From Candidatus Uhrbacteria bacterium (GTDB lineage Bacteria > Patescibacteriota > Patescibacteriia > UBA9934 > UBA11717), in the NCBI GenBank assembly GCA_003509895.1, contig DOMJ01000003.1, forward strand, positions 351 through 43,961: DNA of 43,611 nucleotides, written 5' to 3'. Position numbers and translations under genes: made by a program. The notes beneath the pieces are model-generated. The model saw nothing but the letters and a program-made list of their open reading frames with translations. It did not search any database and was not told where the DNA came from. Positions 37,334 through 43,611 of the stretch are shown piece after piece. Position 1 is the first letter of the stretch, and each line of letters begins with the position of its first letter.

Positions 37334-40210
37334 ATGTCGAATGTACTTGAAGGATTAAACGAGGAGCAATTGCAGGCCGTCACGCACACGTCCGGTCCGT
37401 TGATGATTATTGCGGGTGCAGGTACAGGCAAAACAACGGTTATGACACGCCGTATTGCTTGGCTTATAGAACAGAATCTGGCAGAACCGGATCAAATTTT
37501 GGCATTAACCTTTACGGAAAAGGCTGCCACAGAAATGGAAACTCGAGTTGACAGGCTGCTCCCGTATGGGTATGTGGATCTATGGATTTCTACGTTTCAT
37601 GCGTTTTGTCAGCGGATCCTGTTGGAACACGGGTTTGATATTGGATTGACCAACGATGCGCAGCTTCTTACAGAAACGGAGGCCTGGTTACTTATACGCA
37701 ATCATTGGGATCGTTTTGGTCTACACTACTATAAGCCACTTGGCAACCCAACAAAGTTTTTGCGTGCGCTGCTGACACACATTTCTCGGTTGAAGGATGA
37801 AGCAGTTGGACCCGAAGAATACAAAGCACACGTTGCATCGTTAACAGACATAGAGGAAGAAGAACGGTCTCGACTCATGGAGCTTGTACGAGCGTATGAG
37901 GTGTACGAGGCAATTTTGCACGAGCAGACGGTTTTGGATTTTGGAGGGCTTGTTTTGTACACGCTCAAATTACTGCGTGATCGACCATCTATCCTCAAAC
38001 GGTATCAGCAGCAATTCCGATATGTGATTGTGGATGAGTTTCAGGACACTAATTGGGCGCAATACGAGATTGTTCGATTGTTGGCGGGCGAACAGCAAAA
38101 TGTTGCTGTTGTGGGCGATGATGATCAAGCTATTTATAGATTTCGTGGGGCCTCTATCTCCAACATTTTGCAATTTGAGAAAGATTTTCCCGGAACTCAG
38201 CGTGTTGTACTTACCAAAAATTACCGTACCGTACAGCCGATTTTGGACAAAGCCTATGCTTTTATTGCACTCAATAATCCAAGAAGACTGGAAGTGTCGC
38301 TGCAGGAAACACACGGATTGTCTAAGAAGCTACAAAGTCAGGTCTCCGGAGAGGGGAGTATACGTCATCTTCATGCAGAGTCTCTTGCTGCAGAAGTCCA
38401 AATTGTCCTACGTGAGATGACGATGCTCAAGCAGTCAACGGACTGCGATTGGAGTGACATAGCCATTTTGGTACGAGCAAACGATCACGCGGATCCATTT
38501 TTGTCGGCGATGGATTCAGCCAGTATTCCGTATCATTTTTTGGCACGACGTGGCTTGTATAGAAAACCCATTGTCCTTGATGCCATTGCTCTGTTGCGCG
38601 TTATAGATGATCCGTTTGATTCCTCGAGCCTCTACCGCCTCTACGCACACCCACTTATTGGTATTTCGGAACAAGATCTGATTTCCGTTACGCACACGGC
38701 AAAGCAAAAAGGCGTGTCGTTAGTGGAGGCCATACATTTTTCCGAATGTGTTCTTTCACCCGATGGGGCGTCCCGTTTGCAGGAATGGTCGCAGTTTCTT
38801 AAGGAAATTCGACTCTCCGCAAATCGTCGTAACGCGCTAGAGGTTTTTGCAGAAGCCTTAAAACAGTCCGGACTTTATGGGGCCCTCTTACAATCGGACG
38901 AGGCGGCACAATGGGAACAGTCAAACTATCTCCAACAGTTTTACGAGCGTGTGCGGCGTTTTATTCAAACAAATAGGGATACGAGCCTCCATGCTTTTGT
39001 CCAAGAATTTGAACGAGAACGACTTGCGGGCGAGGAGGGAGGCCTTTCAATAGATACGCAGTCGGGACCAGATGAGGTGCAGGTGATGACGGTACACGGA
39101 TCCAAGGGGTTGGAGTTTCGGTTTGTCTTTTTGTTGAATCTTGTGAATCGTCGGTTTCCGGCACAGCGTAGAACGGATCCAATTCCGTTACGGGAGGATT
39201 TAATCAGGCAACCACAAACCGATGGAGATTCGCACTTGGAAGAAGAACGTCGCCTCCTCTATGTTGGAATGACACGAGCCAAGGAACGACTCTATTTTAC
39301 TTCGGCAGACGTATATAGCGGTACTCAGACAAAAAAAATTTCCCAATTTTTGTCTGAAATGGGGTACGAGAAGCCGGAGACGTCCGCAGTGTTTACAGGT
39401 TCCTTTTTGGATGCTGCAAGTACACCCGATCACCTTCTTACGTCCGGTATGACGTTGCCCATTCCCACAGTTTTTTCTTTTACCCAGCTTGTCACCTACG
39501 GTCATTGTCCCTTGCAGTATAAGTTTGCGCACATTCTCACTATTCCAACGTTCGGTGGCCCGGCGCTCAGTTTTGGAAAAACCATACATAATACACTCCA
39601 ATTGTTTCTTGAAGACAGACTTCAATCGGTAGAAGGGGGAGGGCCAATAAAGCCGTTTCTGTCGGAGGAGGAACTGATCACACTCTACCACGAGCAATGG
39701 ATTGAGGACTGGTATCAAGACACGTCCCAGCAGGACACATACAAGCGGGAAGGGGAAGAGAGCTTGCGCGCGTATTATCAGATACTCACAACACATCCAC
39801 CGGAACCGCTCTTTTTGGAACGCGGGTTTACCATCAAAATAGAGGATATTATTATTCGAGGACGGGTGGATAGGATTGATCGTGTTGAGGGAGGAGTGGA
39901 AATTATTGATTACAAAACAGGAACACCCAAGACGCTCAAAGACCTGTCCACAACAGATAAGATGCAGCTTATGCTGTACCAACTTGCCGCAAAGGAATTA
40001 TTTGGATTAGAGCCAAAACGCCTTACGTTCCATTACCTCAAGGATCATTCTCAGGTTTCGTTTTTGGCCACAGATGAAGAATTAACTGGCCTGAAAAAAA
40101 CCATTCAAAAGCAGGTGGCTCGTATTCGGGATCGGCAATTTGATCCAACTCCCGGGTTTATGTGCCAACACTGTGATTTTAAGGAGATTTGCCCCTTTCG
40201 ATCCATATGA
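37334..40210 (+). CDS. UvrD/PcrA-like SF1 helicase fused to a C-terminal PD-(D/E)XK nuclease
   Basis: AGAGTGKT, DEFQD, GDDDQAIYRFRGA, TVHGSKGLEF, EERRLLYVGMTRA, then CPLQY, GRVDRID, IIDYKTG, CQHCDFKEIC. Confidence 0.93.
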   Translation: MSNVLEGLNEEQLQAVTHTSGPLMIIAGAGTGKTTVMTRRIAWLIEQNLAEPDQILALTFTEKAATEMETRVDRLLPYGYVDLWISTFHAFCQRILLEHGFDIGLTNDAQLLTETEAWLLIRNHWDRFGLHYYKPLGNPTKFLRALLTHISRLKDEAVGPEEYKAHVASLTDIEEEERSRLMELVRAYEVYEAILHEQTVLDFGGLVLYTLKLLRDRPSILKRYQQQFRYVIVDEFQDTNWAQYEIVRLLAGEQQNVAVVGDDDQAIYRFRGASISNILQFEKDFPGTQRVVLTKNYRTVQPILDKAYAFIALNNPRRLEVSLQETHGLSKKLQSQVSGEGSIRHLHAESLAAEVQIVLREMTMLKQSTDCDWSDIAILVRANDHADPFLSAMDSASIPYHFLARRGLYRKPIVLDAIALLRVIDDPFDSSSLYRLYAHPLIGISEQDLISVTHTAKQKGVSLVEAIHFSECVLSPDGASRLQEWSQFLKEIRLSANRRNALEVFAEALKQSGLYGALLQSDEAAQWEQSNYLQQFYERVRRFIQTNRDTSLHAFVQEFERERLAGEEGGLSIDTQSGPDEVQVMTVHGSKGLEFRFVFLLNLVNRRFPAQRRTDPIPLREDLIRQPQTDGDSHLEEERRLLYVGMTRAKERLYFTSADVYSGTQTKKISQFLSEMGYEKPETSAVFTGSFLDAASTPDHLLTSGMTLPIPTVFSFTQLVTYGHCPLQYKFAHILTIPTFGGPALSFGKTIHNTLQLFLEDRLQSVEGGGPIKPFLSEEELITLYHEQWIEDWYQDTSQQDTYKREGEESLRAYYQILTTHPPEPLFLERGFTIKIEDIIIRGRVDRIDRVEGGVEIIDYKTGTPKTLKDLSTTDKMQLMLYQLAAKELFGLEPKRLTFHYLKDHSQVSFLATDEELTGLKKTIQKQVARIRDRQFDPTPGFMCQHCDFKEICPFRSI

Positions 40211-40551
40211 AAAAACCGGAAAAATTGCTTGGAGACCTTTTGGGTGGCGCTCTTCAGAGAGCCGGCATTATGCAACAGGTGGGGGCCGCTATTATTGTGG
40301 AGGCGGCGGATCAAGCGTTGGAAGAACTTTTTGATCAGGGAATTTTAGAATATGCACGGTGTCGCGCCTACAGAGATAACGGTTTGTTGACTGCTTGCCG
40401 TCATGCGGCGGTTGCTCAGGGGATCAAGTTACGTAAAGGAGATCTTATCGCCGCTATAACTCGAAGGGTTCCACGAGCCGATATTCTAGAGCTGGAAATC
40501 GTCCACCGAACTTCGACCAACCGTAAAGCCGCGTGGTATGATTTGGAATAA
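40207..40551 (+). CDS. DciA/DUF721-like protein
   Basis: Size and pattern (LGDLL...; GLLTACRHAAVAQGIKLRKGDLI) resemble DUF721. Confidence 0.55.
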   Translation: MKKPEKLLGDLLGGALQRAGIMQQVGAAIIVEAADQALEELFDQGILEYARCRAYRDNGLLTACRHAAVAQGIKLRKGDLIAAITRRVPRADILELEIVHRTSTNRKAAWYDLE

Positions 40552-40558
40552 TGCAACT

Positions 40559-40942
40559 ATGCCTCTCCGTTACACCATTCTCTTTATTGGTTTTGGAACG
40601 CTGCTTGCTATTGGTGGGCTGGTTGCGATTGTGTATTCTGTATCGCCGGCAGACCTTGTCTGGTGGGGGATGCTTGTTTTTTATGCGCTTGTTTTTTTGA
40701 TAACACTTGGGACACTTACCATTCTAGGAACCGTTGTGCGCGTCAGATTCTTAAAAGCGGACATTCCAATTCGTCAGCTGACACGTTCCTTTAGGCAAGG
40801 TGTTTTCTTAGGGGTTTTGGCCTGTGTCGGCCTCTTTCTTTCTCATCTCCAACTGTTAACTACCTGGAGCCTGCTTCTTTTAGTACTTGCATTGGCCTTT
40901 TTAGAGCTTTTTTTCCTGACTTCACGGTCACGTGCAACATAG
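40559..40942 (+). CDS. Hypothetical 4-TM membrane protein
   Basis: Four hydrophobic segments with an SFRQG motif. Confidence 0.7.
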   Translation: MPLRYTILFIGFGTLLAIGGLVAIVYSVSPADLVWWGMLVFYALVFLITLGTLTILGTVVRVRFLKADIPIRQLTRSFRQGVFLGVLACVGLFLSHLQLLTTWSLLLLVLALAFLELFFLTSRSRAT

Positions 40943-41013
40943 AGAGCATTTGTGTATAATCATCTTAGTAGAACAACAGGGGGACGTTGTCGTTATCCCT
41001 TTTTTCTTTTCCT

Positions 41014-42081
41014 ATGTTTAAGCAATTGCTTGGAAAATTTTCAAAAGATCTTGGTATCGATCTTGGTACCACAAACACACTTGTCTATTCGCAAGAGAAG
41101 GGAATTGTGATTAATGAGCCATCGGTCGTGGCAATGAACTCACGAACAGGACAAATATTGGCTGTTGGACGAGATGCGCGCAACATGATAGACAAAACGC
41201 CTCCTCACATCTCAACGGTTCGACCGCTTATGAAGGGCGTGATTTCCGACTTTGAAGTTACGGAGAAAATGCTTAAATACTTTATTGACGTTGTGCATTC
41301 GGAAACGTTTACCTTTGTCCCACGCCCACGCGTTGTTGTTGGCGTTCCTTTGGAAATTACGGAGGTGGAGCGTAAAGCGGTAGAAGATGCCGTGTTATCC
41401 GCCGGTGCGCGCGAGGTGTTTTTAGTGGAGGCACCGATGGCCGCCGCTATTGGTGGACGTCTACCGGTCATGGAATCCGTAGGAAGTATGTTGGTAGATT
41501 TAGGTGGGGGAACCACAGAGATTGCCGCCGTATCTTTGGGAGGTGTTGTTACATGGAAGTCGCTAAGCGTCGCCGGTGAGGAGCTCAATAAAAATATTGT
41601 GCAATATGCACGGGATGCGTTTAATTTGCTTATTGGGGATAAGGTTGCAGAAGAGATAAAAATGAAGATTGGTTCTGCGGCAACGTTAAGTGAACCACTG
41701 GTGATCCCGATGAGAGGACGAGATTTGATTACGGGGCTGCCTCGCGAGATTGCGGTTAATGACACGCAGATTAGGGAGGCCATGAGTCGTTCTATCAAAT
41801 TTATCATAGACAATATTAAGGCAACTCTCGAGGTTACGCCGCCGGAGCTGGTGGCAGATATTTATGAGCGAGGACTGATTCTTGTGGGCGGAGGGGCGCT
41901 CTTAACAAACCTGGATGAGGCGATTGCAAAGGAAATCCAGATCCCTGTTCGTATCGCAGATGACCCGCTGGCCTGTGTGGCACGTGGAACGGGTGCTCTG
42001 TTGGATAATCCGGCACTTTTGCATGACCTTGCCCTCCCGTCGGCCACGGATGATCGTCGATCTTTTTTATCTAAAATATGA
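41014..42081 (+). CDS. mreB: Rod shape-determining actin homolog MreB
   Basis: DLGIDLGTTNT, NEPSVVA, VDLGGGTTE, GGGALL. Confidence 0.97.
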   Translation: MFKQLLGKFSKDLGIDLGTTNTLVYSQEKGIVINEPSVVAMNSRTGQILAVGRDARNMIDKTPPHISTVRPLMKGVISDFEVTEKMLKYFIDVVHSETFTFVPRPRVVVGVPLEITEVERKAVEDAVLSAGAREVFLVEAPMAAAIGGRLPVMESVGSMLVDLGGGTTEIAAVSLGGVVTWKSLSVAGEELNKNIVQYARDAFNLLIGDKVAEEIKMKIGSAATLSEPLVIPMRGRDLITGLPREIAVNDTQIREAMSRSIKFIIDNIKATLEVTPPELVADIYERGLILVGGGALLTNLDEAIAKEIQIPVRIADDPLACVARGTGALLDNPALLHDLALPSATDDRRSFLSKI

Positions 42082-42884
42082 GATCGAAATCCGTGGAATG
42101 GGGTGTTCGTTTTGCCATGATTGCGGTTGCTGCTCTGGTTTTGGCCGTCTTGGCTCGCACAAATATTGTTCGGGGGGCGAGTGGGCGTTTTTTGAGCTGG
42201 ATTGAGTCTCCGTTTACGATCGTCTCGGACGCTGTTGGAAACCAGGGGGCCGTTGTCTTTTCTTCTCGACAAGAGTTAATCGCAGAACTACAGGAACGTG
42301 AGGAGCAAGTTTTACAACTCGCCAAAATCGCCGCTCGTTGGGAGCAGGCGGAGCAAGAGAGAGACCAAGCGCTCCTCTTTTTAGGGTACAAGAGCGGCTC
42401 GTCAGAGATTATGGTACCGGCTAAGATACGCGTACGGTCGTCAATACGAGATTCCGACAGCGTCCTTATAGACAAAGGAGCCGTAGACGGTATTAAAACG
42501 CAGCAAGCTGTTATTACGGGCGATGGTGCTCTCTATGGCTTGGTTGGTGAGGTCTTCGCTCAAACGGCGCGAGTTGTTCGCCTCACAGATCCAACGGTTG
42601 TTCTTGGAGGGCGGCTTTTGGATTCCGAGCAAACGTTGGGTGTTATGGAGGGTGGTTTTGGACCCGTCGTTCGCATGGCCTATGTTGCACAAGATACGGA
42701 CGTTCATTTAAACGATGTCATTGTTACGTCCGGCGTGGATCCGTTTGTGCCCGCTGGGATTGTGATCGGACTTGTGAATGCGATTGAGGAAGATCCAAAT
42801 GCGCCCTTTTTAACACTGTATGTAGAGCCGCTCGCACAAGTACAAAAAACCCGTCTCGTGGGCGTTATTCAGTCGCCCCTATGA
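42078..42884 (+). CDS. mreC: Rod shape-determining protein MreC
   Basis: TM plus coiled coil, IDKGAVDGI, VTSG.D..VPAGIVIG, follows mreB. Confidence 0.92.
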   Translation: MRSKSVEWGVRFAMIAVAALVLAVLARTNIVRGASGRFLSWIESPFTIVSDAVGNQGAVVFSSRQELIAELQEREEQVLQLAKIAARWEQAEQERDQALLFLGYKSGSSEIMVPAKIRVRSSIRDSDSVLIDKGAVDGIKTQQAVITGDGALYGLVGEVFAQTARVVRLTDPTVVLGGRLLDSEQTLGVMEGGFGPVVRMAYVAQDTDVHLNDVIVTSGVDPFVPAGIVIGLVNAIEEDPNAPFLTLYVEPLAQVQKTRLVGVIQSPL

Positions 42885-43378
42885 TGCGCTTTTTATTGCA
42901 CACACTCCTTCTTCTTACCTGCCTGGCAGTGGAATATGGGTTTATTCATGGTCTTGCGGTGCCCTGGTCGCTTATTCCGCTCTGTCTGGCAATTGGGGTC
43001 TTCTTTGTGTTTACGCTTCACGTGGATCTTGGGCTGTTTTGGTTCGTGGGAGTCGGGTTTGTGTCGGATTTACAATCAATGCATCCCGTTGGTGAAACCC
43101 TGATCGGCGCTCTGGTTGGAGGATTACTTATTTATGTTGTGCAGCAACACATTTCGCATAGCTCTCTTTACTCAGTCATGATACTCGGGGGCGGGGTCTC
43201 CTTTGTTTGGCTGATGAGTTCTCAGGTACTGAGGCTTCTATTTGGCAGTTCTGCCACGTTTGAGTTTGGTATGATACTGGAGGAGGTCTTGTTTGCCATG
43301 CTATTGTCGGCAGTGCTTTTGTTAATTATTCCGCGTGTGCAAAAACGCGTGAGTCGTACAATACGCCTACAGCCATGA
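42881..43378 (+). CDS. mreD: MreD-like membrane protein
   Basis: 5-TM protein with GFVSD motif between mreC and the PBP2-like gene. Confidence 0.7.
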   Translation: MMRFLLHTLLLLTCLAVEYGFIHGLAVPWSLIPLCLAIGVFFVFTLHVDLGLFWFVGVGFVSDLQSMHPVGETLIGALVGGLLIYVVQQHISHSSLYSVMILGGGVSFVWLMSSQVLRLLFGSSATFEFGMILEEVLFAMLLSAVLLLIIPRVQKRVSRTIRLQP

Positions 43379-43611
43379 GTCAAAAAACACCATTTTTTAT
43401 ACAGCCGCTTGATCATCTCGGAGCCCTCACGGTTCTCCAAGAAGACGTTGATTTTGCCGATACGTTGGGACAGAGCTATCGTAATCGCGCAGAACCGGAT
43501 TTTATGGGAACCTCCATAAGTGGTGCACGGTGGAAATGGGCAGGCATTGGCATGGCTTGTATCTTTCTTGTTTTACTTGGGCGGTCTGCACAGTTGCAAA
43601 TCTGGCAGGGG
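43375..43611 (+). CDS. mrdA: Penicillin-binding protein 2, N-terminal part (truncated by window end)
   Basis: Open frame from ATG 43375: MSQKTPFF...IFLVLLGRSAQLQIWQG, a class B PBP anchor motif, after mreBCD. Confidence 0.7.
   Translation, partial: MSQKTPFFIQPLDHLGALTVLQEDVDFADTLGQSYRNRAEPDFMGTSISGARWKWAGIGMACIFLVLLGRSAQLQIWQG

Overview
Gene-dense bacterial chromosomal segment using the standard code (TGA is a stop). Several traits point to a Patescibacteria/CPR genome, probably Parcubacteria such as Uhrbacteria or Magasanikbacteria (inference): LLGAGC-type lipoproteins, a CPR-type surface domain, class I LysRS, short leaders without Shine-Dalgarno sites, and salvage enzymes. Recognisable genes are a DEAD-box helicase, cfa, an RlmD-like methyltransferase, DsbA with two VKORs, a pseudouridine synthase, a BadF-type sugar kinase, pepA, ahpC, rsmI, metG, cvpA, tatD, a complete F1Fo atp operon, class I lysS, family-4 UDG, tdk, a UvrD-nuclease fusion, a DciA-like protein and mreBCD-mrdA. 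No rRNA, tRNA, CRISPR array or transposase was seen. Best discovery candidates: (1) a roughly 460-nt densely base-paired putative ncRNA with its own promoter and terminator at about 11209-11670 that I cannot assign to a known class; (2) a roughly 100-nt RNA of two tandem covarying three-way-junction units at about 23727-23829; (3) four ORFan cassettes sharing a hairpin + purine-rich RBS architecture; (4) a Na+-type c-ring signature; (5) repeated loss of Fe-S/Zn cysteine ligands in housekeeping enzymes. All calls come from reading the sequence, with no database search.
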